Shown: positions 1 through 12,188 of the stretch, in pieces
Position numbering within the stretch: position 1 is the stretch's first letter
Layout: each line of letters opens with the position of its first letter
Source: Mayamaea pseudoterrestris
Taxonomy: Eukaryota
NCBI GenBank assembly: GCA_027923505.1
Contig: BROI01000002.1
Span: forward strand, 2,232,001-2,296,000
DNA length: 64,000 nucleotides
Direction: 5' to 3'
Made by a program: the position numbers and the translations under genes
The notes under the pieces: model-generated
The model's input: only the letters and a program-made list of their open reading frames with translations
What the model was told of the DNA's origin: nothing
Database searches by the model: none

Positions 1-278
1 GTGTTCAATCAAGATATGGAGTTCGCAACGAGGCGTCACATAGCAAGCTAGGGTCTGGTACGGGTTTGCTACGTGGATCTTGTGTGGAATAATGGAGGCC
101 ACAAGCCAAGATTACATTGAATAGGCTCGCAAACATTACCAATGCATGTTATACTGTTATAAACTATCCATTCGCCTATTGATCGGAGCATTTTGCGCTT
201 TTGCTAATTTGATGTCACTACTCGTAGCTAACGCAGTATTCTCTCGGCTATCCCATAGCATTTTGCAGCAACCTGAAA

Positions 279-3200
279 ATGGAGCCATTTGACCAAGGCT
301 ATCATACCGACTCGGGCGACGAAGCGACTGAGAAGTTGCAGTGGCCTTCCAGCAACGTTAGCGCTTCACTCTCGTCTCGCCATGCGGCCTTGATGCGCGA
401 TGAGCTGGAGATTTCGCCGTTGGTGCCATCCGTCCCACCCATGCCGGGTGAACGCCACAGTTCCGTCCCAGGTCCTGGATTGCCGTCGTCGTTTAGAGCT
501 GGGACTCAATCTCAGGAGCAGCGCCCCATCCTGTCTCCCAAGAAGCGCCATGTTGCTCCAGATGTTTTTGACAAGGAGGAGTATTCATCGCAGCATGCCA
601 TAGGCGGGGCTCGTGCAGATCCTGGCGAATTTTCTCCGGAGACTGATCTCAACAAAAAACCCGCTGCCAAGCCAGACGCAGATGCAACGATGGAGCCCTA
701 TAAGAGAAGTTCTGATCATCTGGGCATGGATATCATGGCGGAGGCTGTCGAATCTAAACGAGCCAAGATGGACGAGATGTCCGGAACAGATGAGCAAGCT
801 GTACGCCCCAACCTACGCGATATTGTTTTAGGATCAGCGAGTCCATCAAAAGCGAGTGCCAACACCGAAGCAGGCACAGAAACGAATGAACACGCAGCAA
901 CGCCGGAGCAAGATGCACTTGTTGCTCAGATTTTCGCATCGCCTTCAGTCGCATCAGGACTACCTCTTCCATCGAAGAAAGACACAGAATCTTCTGGTAA
1001 GAAGTCAAAAACCCCGACCGATACAGAAGGAGACGACAAGAAGCGACGCCGCAGTCCAAAAGCGATTAGAAAGGTCTTAATTGCTAAGAAAGAGCAGGAG
1101 CAAGCAACCTCCCTGTTGCACGACAAGGTTGATCTCACGAATATTTTAGAGCAGGCTGATTGCTTCTTTTTGGCCAATCAGTTTTGGATTTTTACGGTCC
1201 AGCAAGTGGCGTCGATACTCCTTCCAACGGAACCAAACGAGAGTTGTGATCGATTGCGCGATGAGCTAGTAGCCCGAATCGTCTCAACAAACTATTTAGC
1301 CGATGGGTCAACGTCTGAAGCTGTAAACTTGTACGAAATTACGGATGCGGGGCGCCCTGCCGCGGAAGCACGAGTGGCCGAGTGGAAAAGCAAGGTGGAA
1401 GAGTACATCTCGTCCGGAGGCGTCGCTACTTCTATTGAGGAAAGCTTTAAACTAAGTGGACCCATTTCGTGTTTGTTCCCGAAAACAACGCAGAATTTTC
1501 TTGCAAGTGTTCCAATATTGACGCTGTGGAATTTTTTGTCCGTCAGGAAGACTGAGTCCGGAGCTGTGTGTGAAATGATGAAGGTCTGGCGCCGATTCTG
1601 TCATCTATCAACAATTTCTCCGCTCTCGATTGCCAAACATTTAATTGGTATTACCAATCGAATTGAATCGGCGCTTTCTACCATCCCCGCAGTCTCCTCA
1701 GAAGATATGTCATGGATGAGTGACCCCATTATTATTCTAACTGGGGCAGCGAGGGAATTTCTCGTAAAAGATCAAGGTATTACGACAGCGCGTCGCTTTG
1801 TTGACGTGAGAACTAAAAATTTATCTACTAATCTAGAGATATGGAGGGAACGTAAAGGTCTTCCCGCGCTAAAAGGCTCTGGAAAAGTGGCGATGATATC
1901 AGGTTGGAAAGCCACTGCGAGGGAAGCGATGGATGCCGAGGACGAGCCTGGTATGGTGGTCACAGACATTAATCTCGAGGCCCAGGTTGCCCGCGATGCT
2001 TTTATAATCAACGAAGGAGGCAATGCTCAATACCTGGCAGATCAAGATATTGGCGAAATTGGTAATCCAGTGCTGCAAGGAGGCCAAGGACAAAGTGTTG
2101 TCAAAGCAGCAGGCCTTGACAAAGTGCAAGACGTTGGATCCGCTGACCGTCAACTAAAGTACGCTTTGGATGCCCAGGTATTTCTTGAGGATGTTCTCGG
2201 AGGAACCATTACTAAATTTCTTGCCTCGGTGGACATTAAAACAGCTGGCGAACTGTTTCGTGTCAGTTCCGATGATCCGCTTCGGGCCAAACTATACGAG
2301 CACATGAAGACAAGGGCTATTGCCAAGGACAACGTCGAGTGCAAGAACATTTTGAAATCTTGGTCCGATAAAATCAACAAGGAGTTAGACCAATTTCGTC
2401 CAAAGTGTAAGAGAGCAAGGAGCAAAAGCCGGGAACCCAAAGCGCGCGAAACGATTGATAAAGTTGGCGCAGGTGCGACAAATATGATGAAGGATTCGAA
2501 CGACCCCTTTAAAATATTAAGCAGTGTGACCCAAGCATTTCTTCACACGCTGGGTATTGAAACTGCAGCTGCTTTCCTCGCGTCACGAACGACGGATATT
2601 GCGGATGCCTTCGTTCATTGGCGAGCTGTAAGTAGCCGTTGGCTTGTTTCTTAAAGCATCGTTAAAGCTCCGTTCTTGTCTCACTTACTATTTTTACACG
2701 CGCAGGAGTCAGGTATGCCAGTCTTAAAGGGGCAAGGAGCTATTGCATCTGTTTCGGGGTGGAAGACAAGCTGTCGCAAAGCAGCCTCCATGCTGGGTAT
2801 GGAGGATTTGGCGGCTTTGGAACCTGCCAGTCGAGAAAAGATTGGCAACCCTCACAAAACCAAACGAGAAAATCAAGCCTTGCCAACATTTATGTTAAGC
2901 GCATCGTCGGATGGAACTAACGGCAGACTTACGGTCGAACATTGCCTCGGAGGAAAAGATACTGTCGTTTTTGCAGTGGGCGTCGATGACGGTACGTTGA
3001 GTGGCTCATCTGTCCGTGGTTCTACCGAGCTGGACTAATAATTTTCTCCCTTTTCTTGCATTTAGAAACGCAATGCCAGTTTCAGTTGCAGGTAAGGAGA
3101 ATTGACGTGTCGAGTACGATAGCGCTTTATATCTCCTACTGTGGCGAAATGGGATACCCAGGCCCTATCTCCGGGAAATGCACTTCGCCGTCTCCCATCG

Positions 3201-6157
3201 TAAGTGTATTGGATCCATCATCCACAGAAGCGGCGCTTGTGGATCTATCTATCATGCGGCACGTTCCCACGACGACAAATAGATTTCAACGCTTTGGTCC
3301 GTTTGCTTCTACTATGCCTGGTATGGGACTAATTGAGCTTAAACGTTACGAGGTACGCCCAGTCAAGTCACAACCTCTCGAAAGTTTAAAGCAAGAGCTC
3401 AGGGACTTCGTTGTAAATGGAACTGAACGCTTGTCGCAGCCAATTGCGACGAGTAGTGTTTCCGCGAATGTGCTGCTCCATCGACAGAGGTCGTCACAAG
3501 GCTTCCAATATTTGCTTTTCTTGCGCTCCCCAATGGAAAGAGGTCAAGCTACGGAGCTGCGGTTTCCATTGGTCGATTCCTACATGGGATCTGGCGTTTA
3601 TCACGAATATCAATTTGAGAGACGTCTTCTTTTGGAAGATTCTTTCCAACTTCTTTCTGTTGATGACATACACGAAGTCATCGAGTTCCTCGACAAAGTT
3701 GTCTTTCCCTTAATCGGCTCTGGCGAGTCTATCAATTTGGATGAAGTTCAGCGAGTTGCAGAGGCTCAGCGACGCTTGCATTGGGCCGCATTGCGTTTGC
3801 ACAGTCTCATCGAAAGTCCCATACCAGTAAAAGAGCGCATGGGACATCTGTACTTTGGATTTCTTGAAATACCGCAAATGCTCAATCTTCCGCAGACGGC
3901 GATGGTGAACTTTCCAGATGCTCGCCAAAGCTATGTTCTTGAAGGCTGTCGCGCAGAAATACAGAAAGAATTAGCGGCCATATTGGAGTACGACTCGATA
4001 GTTGGTTTGGCGTCAACTTGCCGCTGTCCTCTCGCTGAGAAGACTGCTGCAGCTATAACTGACGATTTTCTTTTGTCATACTGTCATTTCGGACATTATC
4101 CAAACGCTGACGATGCATCCAAGGCACTTGTAATGCGTTTAGAGGCGCTTTTGACAAATGAGCCGACATTGGATACTTGCATCTTAAAGTGTGCGGGGAC
4201 TGCCGACGATAATTTGGTCTCTGTTTTAGCTCGGATATGTGAGACGTACCAGCTTTCTTTAGAGGTCAGCGGTGATGACATCAAAGGAGACGCACCCGAA
4301 ACTGATGTGTTGGATGTTGTTGTGTGTGCTCCTTGCAATGATGGGCAAGTCGTGAACGGTGATAGTCGCCCCAAACTCCAGACGCTCGCAAAATACCAAG
4401 AAGCAGGGCCAGGACTACCGGTAGACTTTGCTTGGTACCAGAAATTGCAATGGCACGTCGTATATGGCGTTATCATGGGCTTGCGTTCGCTTCTCTCCTC
4501 GGACGAGCGCAAATTGTTGCTCAGCGATACAATTCTTTCGGACGTCAAGGGTGTCGTCGAGGCATTGACAGGCTTGACGCAAGTAGAAGAACCGACGATC
4601 ACAACCTCGAGGCACTTACGCTTATCTGGTAAATCCGAAGATCAACCGCCATATGAGCCGCACGCATTCCCTCTATTTCTTGGAATTGTTTGGCCGGCAT
4701 TGCGAAATGGAAATTGGAGATTGGAAATTAACGACAGCAACGAAATCGCCTCATTTGTTGCGCCAGCATCTGGACGACAGAACCCGTCAGGTAGCTCTAG
4801 AGCCCAGCGGACGAGGAGGCGCAACTACTTGACACGTGAATGCCGAGAGATAGGTTTGGGTGACCTTTCAAAATTCACCAAGCGGTTGTTTGTTCAAGTT
4901 TGTTCTCAAGTTTCGTCCGGTTCCGACGAAGGTACTAAATCAATAGACGAAGCTTTGCAGCAGTTTGCGGACTCTGTCGTTAGTGAGCTGGAGAATGATG
5001 ATCATAGCGGAGCAAATGCTGTGAAAATCATTACAGGAGCACTCGCTGAGTGCTTGAAGAAAGTCAGCCCAAAGTTGGCATCATTTGGTGATTCCAGCAC
5101 CGAAACAACGAGTCAAACAGAGAAGGAGTGTGTTGGTAGCATTTCTGGCACCGACACTTTGTTGCGTTTTCTGCTCGTTCTGCCTACACTGCTACGACAG
5201 TGTAATCTTCCTTTGCAGGCGTTCCACGATTGCTTGGATGTAATTCAAAATGTTGTTGACTTTTTGGTAGTGAGCCATGCCAGCGTGTTAGATGAATCAT
5301 ACTGGCCATCGCAAGAACAATATAAGAAGGAAGATAAACCGACAACAACTGGACTCGCTTCTAACATTCGCCGCGTGCGCTCTAAGGTAGAAGGATCAGT
5401 ACCAAAGATGCTAAGCGACGGGACAGGTGGGCAGGCGGGAGCAATGACTGAAATAGTCCCTGAATATGAAAAGAACCAGCTCACGACCTTTCTGGTTCGT
5501 GTTCTGGAGCAAGCTATTCCTTGCAGAGCGGACGAGCTTGATTGCGGGAAAAGAAATCGACAAATTCATGTGGGATATCCAGGTTTCGTTTGTCGACATT
5601 GCCTTGGATACTATGGCGAAGGCAAATACTTTTTCACGACACTCGAAAGTTTAACAACGGCCTCTTCCGTTTTCGAAAAGCACGTTTTAAAATGCCCCGC
5701 TGTTCCTGCAGACACCAAAACGGAAATTATTACATCAAAGGTGGATGCCGTGGAAGAACGCAAGCACCTACCAGCAGGAGCGCAGCAAGCATTCTTTAGT
5801 CGGTTGTGGGATCGACTGCGTTCATCAGAAATAGATGGTGTATCAGCTGGCGTACATGTGCAGGAAATTATCAACGACGATGTGGAAGTTGCTGCAGTTG
5901 AGAAAAATGCTCAGTTGACATTCGCCAATCACTTGGCTGTGCTCAATTACTTACGCACTCCGAAAGTCATTATTAACGACAAGACGATCTCAGAGGCTCT
6001 AACACTGTACTATAACTCCCTCGAGTACGGAGGCCGCGTATGGTACACACCTGCGCAACCTGAACACTTTAGCGCGGAGTGGCTTATTCGCAAGATTGCC
6101 CCAAAGATGGCTTGGGCATCTTCGTCTAACAAAAAGGCGCGCATGATGCCGGGGTAA
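279..6157 (+). CDS. Large (~1900 aa) probable nuclear/chromatin protein with internal helical repeats, an MRG-like helical segment and a C-terminal Cys/His domain; 3 exons (279-2627, 2706-2991, 3066-6157)
   Basis: ORFs 279, 2676 and 3056 join in frame through GTAAGT..CAG (2628-2705, phase 0, WRA|ESG) and GTACGT..TAG (2992-3065, phase 1). It has an NLS-like KKRRRSPK, the MRG-like 'SGTDTLLRFLLVLPTLL..DFL' and 'GFVCRHC..YF..HVLKC'. An upstream exon is possible (CTAAC then YAG at ~228-268). Confidence 0.75.
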
Positions 6158-6255
6158 TCGCTGTACGGATACAATATATTGGTAGTAACATTTTCATGCT
6201 ACTTAAAATTTACTTAGTTTCCATGATCAGATGATTAATTTCTTCGCAGCAGTAA

Positions 6256-8119
6256 TCACACATCAGCATGCTTCTTGCCTTCGTCAAGACTCTTTTTTGG
6301 TGCAAGCCCAAGCTTGGCAATCATGCGAGTGAACTCGTCGTAATCAATCTTTCCATCGCCATTCTCATCGTAGGACTCGAACAACTGTTTGACCATTTCG
6401 TCGTCGACATCGTAATTGCGTCGAAACTTGCGATCAGGTTCCTGCAAGACCGGCGGTGGCATTTCCTCGTCCTGCGACGCCAGATAGCGCTTCAATCTCC
6501 AAGCCACCTTGCCAATGAAATCTTCCGTCGTAAATCCCTTTGGACCAGACATGTCACGCGTGCCTTGCCCGTAGCGAAAGGTGTTGTGAATGGCGGTTCG
6601 CAGCGTAGACGTAAAGTTGTGAATCTGATCCTTGGCCATGACTTTTGCTTCATCGTCGGGATTTCGTTCCACGTCCAACGTGGCGGCATGTTCCAGAGCT
6701 CCAATGAGAGCTTCCACGAGTCCAAGGGGATTCAAGCTAGTCTCCTTGCCTGCTAAATGGTCGTGCCAAAGGTCCGACACTGTACCATGCGACGCTTCAA
6801 ATTCCTTGATCAAGGTTCCATCGTCATTCTTTCCAACCAAATTACTCGTGATGAAACCAGGAGACCGATGCACCTGCGCAATTTGATCCGTCAACATGTC
6901 TCCATCATAGTTATGCGCCGCCATGCCAAAACCTCCATCCGTCCACCGAATCAGCTGCATTGTGGCGGCATCCGAAATCAAGTGCTGCAGCTCACCGCCG
7001 CAACGCTCCAACAGTCCGGCAGAAGCAAACTGCTGCTTGTATTCCGCGTCAAAGACTGCCTTCATGGTGGCCCAAAAGCCTTCCTGCCACTTGAACACTG
7101 TCTTTTTCGTCACCACGTAGGGTGTAATTTTGGCTTCCAGACATCGTTGAAAGAACAGGTGCGCCAGCTCGTCGACATTGTCGTACGGATTATCATACAC
7201 CACCACCACGTTGTGATCATCCTTCAAATCGCGCTTGTCCACAACAAAGGGCGGCGAGTTGGCATCCGACGGCATGTAGGTGGTGAGCAGGGTGCCCTTG
7301 CCGACGCGGGCCCAGCCGGCGCCGTACTCGCCGCCGACGGCGTGGCGCTCGAAAAACACCTTGTTCTTGTAGCCGAGCGCAATGCCTTCAATGTGAATCG
7401 TGTCGCGGCTGTGAATGTCATAGAAGGTAGTGATGAGGTAGTAGTGGTTATGCATGAGAGAGAGATAGAGTGAAAAATGAGTAACGATGCAGCACTTAGA
7501 CATTCACAAATTTGCTGCTCCTCCATCCCCATCAAAATATTACTCACGAAATGGTGATTCCGTTCCATCCCTTGCGCATGGCGCCATTGGGACTGGAGAG
7601 CGCATTCTTGAGACCCATTTCCTGCTGCTGCAGCGCGCTCGGCGTAATGGTGGGTTCCTTGAAGACTGCGCCAATGCGCTTTCCGGCCTGCACGGCTTGC
7701 TGCAACACCAAGTCGTTCGTTTCGTCGCGGTGCTTGCAGCTCAAGTCGTAGCGCTCCCATTGACTCAAGTCAAAGTATGGGGCGAACCATTGCTCCACGA
7801 ACAGATTGGTGGCGTAGTGCGTCATTTCCTCGCCCGAAATGTAGACGAGCGGCGGTGCAACCACCTTGTGCTCGAGGGAAAGCGTGGCGTGCGGAAGAGG
7901 TTTCGTGGCGGATGCAAATGTGCGGCGGCTGCTAGTAGTAGCAGACGATGAGCTTGTTAGAGAATCAGAATGATGATTGCTGCTTGGAAATCTCTGATGG
8001 CTGCTGCCTGCATTTGTCGAGGAGGAGGAAGAAAGGATTCGGTGGCTCACAAAGGCGCGCCGTTGCAGCAAGGCAGCTACTGGCCGGGAAAGCTGACGAG
8101 ATAACATGCTGCTAGCCAT
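6256..8119 (-). CDS. IDH: Mitochondrial type II isocitrate dehydrogenase, NAD-type signature, with C-terminal EF-hand; exons 8119-7548 and 7408-6256
   Basis: Motifs GEEMT, KEPTITP, SPNGAMRK, HNYDGD and FEASHGTV are present. The intron 7547-7409 (GTGAGT..CAG) restores GITISRDTI. The N-terminus is an R/S-rich presequence, and the EF loop is DENGDGKIDYDE. Confidence 0.95.
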
Positions 8120-8518
8120 ATTCAGAAGTGTACGACTTGCTGTAGTATATAATATTTTGTTTCGATAGCAGATAGATATGAATCGGCTTGATGATCTTCG
8201 CGAAGCAAAAAGACTTGAGTCGGTTGGTGCCGACGGCAAGGAGGAACATCTGCAAGGCGTCGGACCGGTTATGACTGCGGTCCATTTCCGTGTTGCAGCG
8301 TCACAAATCCTCGCCAAAAATGTTCGTCGGCCGCGACATGAACCACTGTGGGCCGGATCAATACATCATGATCACCTTCATCTTTGTTTATACTTAAAGA
8401 CTTTCGGTTAAGTATCTAATCTGGGCTGAATGTATCGGCGCCAACTCTCGCATCAAAGAATTCGAGTAAAGCTCAGTTGTCTTACAATGACATGTTGTAT
8501 TGAAAGATAACATTTCCG

Positions 8519-10384
8519 TTACGAGCCTTCGTCAACCGCCAGCAGTGCTTCAAAAACACTCTTCCATTTCCTCCTTGGCAATTTGTTCTCCTCCACAATC
8601 TCCAGCGGAGGTGCAAGTCTCTCGTCTTTGGCATCATCTAATCCCATGCACTCTCGCGGATGCAGCAACACGTTTAGCACATAGAATGGCAGCTGCGCCG
8701 CGCCTCCTCGCATGGACGTGACCAGACGATGAATCTTGCGCCTGCGCGTCGACAGAAACACCCAAAACAGGTGCGCGCAAAGTATGCGCTTGGCAACGTG
8801 TGTTAAGGCGGGCCGCTGCTGCGACGACGCAAACACCAAGCAGCCAAAGATTGTCCATACCGCGTCCACCGCCATGAGTGCGCCAATCGCCAGTTCCAAT
8901 ACCAAACTAACTCTCGAAGTGAGTTTTGCCAGAATTTCCTGTCGCTGCGCTGCATTGGCATTCTTCCAAACGGACGGAGTGACGAGGAGACTCATGCATG
9001 CATCGGTCACGTATCGCGCCACTGTCAATACTGTTTGTATGGTGCGCCTTGACGAGTCACTTTGCGAGCTGCCGAGCGTCGAGAGAACCAAGACATCCGA
9101 AATGACCAAGCCAATGGAAACCACCTCACGAATCAGTATTGGTCCCACCAGAATAATGGGCACGAAACGAGTCCATGACTGCGTCATCCACCACTCCAAA
9201 TTGGCTGCTGCTGCTCCTGCTGCATTATTACTTTGCCTTGACGGCAACCACGCCAGTATACTCGCCGATACAAAGACATACTGCGCCAGCGGGTCCTTGA
9301 CCAAACCGTGCACGTATCCACGCGCCTGGCGGAGTCCCACCACGGGCACCGCCTGCGCCGCCAAGACGGCCGCCGCCAGCATGCCCGCAAAGTGCTGCAC
9401 CATGGCCCACTGGCAGGCGCGTCGGACCAAGGAGAGACTGGCGTGTAGGCGAGTGGCATATGCGGCCAACGCACTAGAGTCGTTGGCTGTCACACTTGCT
9501 GCAGTCACACTTGACTTTGTTAATGTCAGACTCGTCCAAACGGCTCCAAGCCCCGCCAAGGTGGCCAGCAAGCTGCACAGCGTCTGAAAGGCGTGCGCGC
9601 CTCCGTGTGACGTGACAAAGTATTGGGCAATCACGGCGGTGGGCGACACCAAGCTGGCCGCGTCATTGTCATTGTCATCATCGACTATACTCGTTGTTGT
9701 TTGCTGCCGCAACGACTCGTCATAGTCACTGGCGCCCAGTCCCCACTTGAGACTATTGACGCTGCGTGACACTCTTTGGAGCAGCAGCTCGTCGCCGCGT
9801 TGCCGAATCGTGTCTCCCAGAAACTGCGCCGGATCTTGCTGCAGCAACGTCTTGTTGATTTCGTGGCGATTAGTTTTATTAGTAGTAGATGAGGAGTCAT
9901 GGTTTACGATGGAAGATGGATCTGTGTTTGCATCTGTTGCTGCTTCTGGTGCGTTCGTCTTTATTCGTTGACTGCTCGAGGACGATGACGACTTTTTCCT
10001 TCGTCTCTTTTTGCTCACGACGTTTGGCTCTGTTTTTGCCACTGGCTGCCCTCCTCCGCCTCCTCGCAAGTCTATGATTGAATTTAGACGCCATGGTTGC
10101 TGATTCCGTGTATATTGCTGATGATTGTCGCGTGCGGCAGCGAAGAGCACCGTCGGAGACGTGACACTGCGAGCGCTCGCGCCGTTCTGAAACATCACGA
10201 TAGTTACGAGACAGGCGAGCATGTTTGATATTTTCTTGTTTTTACATGTCAGCATGATGGTGACTCGTGTATATAGGCTGCTGCAATTGATGGAATGCTG
10301 GCAGATCTTCATGGTGGAGCAGCGAAACGCAGGCGTTTTCGCGGTTCGCGCGCCAGCGCGGTTGACCGAACACCAGTGCGACAT
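8519..10384 (-). CDS. Multi-pass membrane protein, possibly TMEM33/Pom33-like; the true start is probably downstream (MLACLV, ~10183)
   Basis: 621-aa ORF with a signal-like segment, an LRGG motif and several hydrophobic helices. 'LVKDPLAQYVF' resembles the TMEM33/Pom33 family motif. Confidence 0.55.
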   Translation of the reverse strand: MSHWCSVNRAGARTAKTPAFRCSTMKICQHSINCSSLYTRVTIMLTCKNKKISNMLACLVTIVMFQNGASARSVTSPTVLFAAARDNHQQYTRNQQPWRLNSIIDLRGGGGGQPVAKTEPNVVSKKRRRKKSSSSSSSQRIKTNAPEAATDANTDPSSIVNHDSSSTTNKTNRHEINKTLLQQDPAQFLGDTIRQRGDELLLQRVSRSVNSLKWGLGASDYDESLRQQTTTSIVDDDNDNDAASLVSPTAVIAQYFVTSHGGAHAFQTLCSLLATLAGLGAVWTSLTLTKSSVTAASVTANDSSALAAYATRLHASLSLVRRACQWAMVQHFAGMLAAAVLAAQAVPVVGLRQARGYVHGLVKDPLAQYVFVSASILAWLPSRQSNNAAGAAAANLEWWMTQSWTRFVPIILVGPILIREVVSIGLVISDVLVLSTLGSSQSDSSRRTIQTVLTVARYVTDACMSLLVTPSVWKNANAAQRQEILAKLTSRVSLVLELAIGALMAVDAVWTIFGCLVFASSQQRPALTHVAKRILCAHLFWVFLSTRRRKIHRLVTSMRGGAAQLPFYVLNVLLHPRECMGLDDAKDERLAPPLEIVEENKLPRRKWKSVFEALLAVDEGS

Positions 10385-10570
10385 ATGTACGTCGTAGCGG
10401 TACAGAAATGGTTTGCTTCAAAAGTCGCGACCATGATCAAAATCAAAATGATGCAAAACGATTTGCACTTTTCTCTACGTTATAACTCACCGATGTCAAG
10501 CTACCGATAGTAACAATACATCCCTATAAGAATACCAGATCATTACTTGATCCATAGTGTGACATTTATC

Positions 10571-11938
10571 ATGCCGTCAACAACAGAACGACGATACAAC
10601 ACACTGACGCTCCTTCTCGAGCAATATGCTTTCGCCATTGGTCTCATCGTTCGAATCCTCATCGCCTGGCTTGGTCCCTTGCTACTCGACGATGGAACAT
10701 TCATTCCCGGAGTATCCTACACGGACATTGACTATCACGTTTTTTCCGACGCGGCCAATTTCGTGCGAAACGACCAATCGCCCTACGACCGTCACACCTA
10801 TCGGTACACGCCGCTGCTGGCCATGCTGCTCGCTCGACTGCCTCCCGGTAATGCGGGGCGGTATTTGTTTTGTATGGCGGATGCAATTTGTGGATGGATG
10901 ATTGTGAAACTGCGGCAGATGCAGCGATTGTTAGCAAAAGAGTCGTCAATAACGACAAGCAGCAGCAACAAACGAGCAGCACAAACTCATAGTCCAGTAC
11001 TCTTGTCGGACGCACTTTGGTGGCTCTACAATCCCTTTGCGATTAACATTTGCACGCGCGGTTCCGCGGAAAGCTTGCTGGTGCTACTGCCGGTGCTTTC
11101 GACGCTATACATACTGGTGCAGTGGAAACAACAAAAGCACCGCGAGCATGATCATGGGGCGGCGGCAATATTGGCGGGAGTCTGCCACGGCATTGCCATT
11201 CACACGAAACTGTATCCAATCATTTACTCTGTCACGTTTGCCATTTGTCTCGTTCCGAAGGTGCATCAAGAAACGACAAGAGAAATCTCTTCATTTTTTT
11301 CGCAACCATGGCTTCGGACGTTTCGCCTCGTTCGCCAGCCGCGCGTGTGGATGTTTGCTGCGACGACGCTGGCCACCTTTGGCTCACTCACCTACGTGTC
11401 CTTCCACTACTACGGTCCAGTCGCCATCCAAGAGTCCTTGCTGTATCACTTGACGCGGACGGACCATCGGCACAACTACTCGATGCATTGGTACAGCATT
11501 TACTTGGCGCAAGCAAGCAACGTTTCGCTCTCCGGCTTGGTGTACTTTGTGCCGCAAGTGTTGGTTTTGGCGCTCGTCAGTGTTTCGTTTGCCGATCACG
11601 TCGAGCTGGCGCTCTTTTTGGAAACCTTGGTCTTTGTTACCATGAACAAGGTGATCACGGCGCAGTACTTTACCTGGTATTTGTGTCTGTTGCCTCTGTG
11701 TAGCAGTCAGATTGATTGGAGGAGCAGAACGTTGCAGCGCTCGCTGCTGCTGTGGATCATGTCCATGCTGGCATGGTTGTTCAGCGCCTATCAGCTTGAA
11801 ATGATGGGGCGTGCATGTCATCGATATGTGTGGCTGGCCAGTGTCTTGTACTTTGTCGCCAATGTCAATCTGCTGCGGAGCATGTTGCGGTCACTGCAGC
11901 CGAGGATGAGGAGGAGGGACATGAGTAAAGATGACTAG
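10571..11938 (+). CDS. PIGM: GPI mannosyltransferase I (PIG-M/GPI14)
   Basis: Diagnostic motifs YTDIDY, SPYDRHTYRYTPLL, STRG-like CTRGSAES, KLYPIIY, YHLTRTDHRHNYS and NKVITAQYFTWY. Confidence 0.96.
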   Translation: MPSTTERRYNTLTLLLEQYAFAIGLIVRILIAWLGPLLLDDGTFIPGVSYTDIDYHVFSDAANFVRNDQSPYDRHTYRYTPLLAMLLARLPPGNAGRYLFCMADAICGWMIVKLRQMQRLLAKESSITTSSSNKRAAQTHSPVLLSDALWWLYNPFAINICTRGSAESLLVLLPVLSTLYILVQWKQQKHREHDHGAAAILAGVCHGIAIHTKLYPIIYSVTFAICLVPKVHQETTREISSFFSQPWLRTFRLVRQPRVWMFAATTLATFGSLTYVSFHYYGPVAIQESLLYHLTRTDHRHNYSMHWYSIYLAQASNVSLSGLVYFVPQVLVLALVSVSFADHVELALFLETLVFVTMNKVITAQYFTWYLCLLPLCSSQIDWRSRTLQRSLLLWIMSMLAWLFSAYQLEMMGRACHRYVWLASVLYFVANVNLLRSMLRSLQPRMRRRDMSKDD

Positions 11939-12188
11939 TAGCTCTCTGAAGGACGAAACGCGCGGATCAGCGAGTTGCGGCACGCCGTCTTGACTCTACT
12001 GACATTTCCTTTGCACTCACTAGAGATGCTCGATGAGACATTAACAAGCTACAATTGCAGATACCTGAAATCATGTATATTTAGTCAACAGTTGATCACT
12101 TTTAAGCTACAATAAATTGCAGTGCTGCATATATTTGATCATTCGTCGCGAGTCCAACTCAACAAATCCATTCACCACGTCCCGATGT

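Noticed and set aside
6268..7951. Several long plus-strand ORFs over IDH
   Set aside because: They are antisense shadows of a codon-biased gene and have no motifs.
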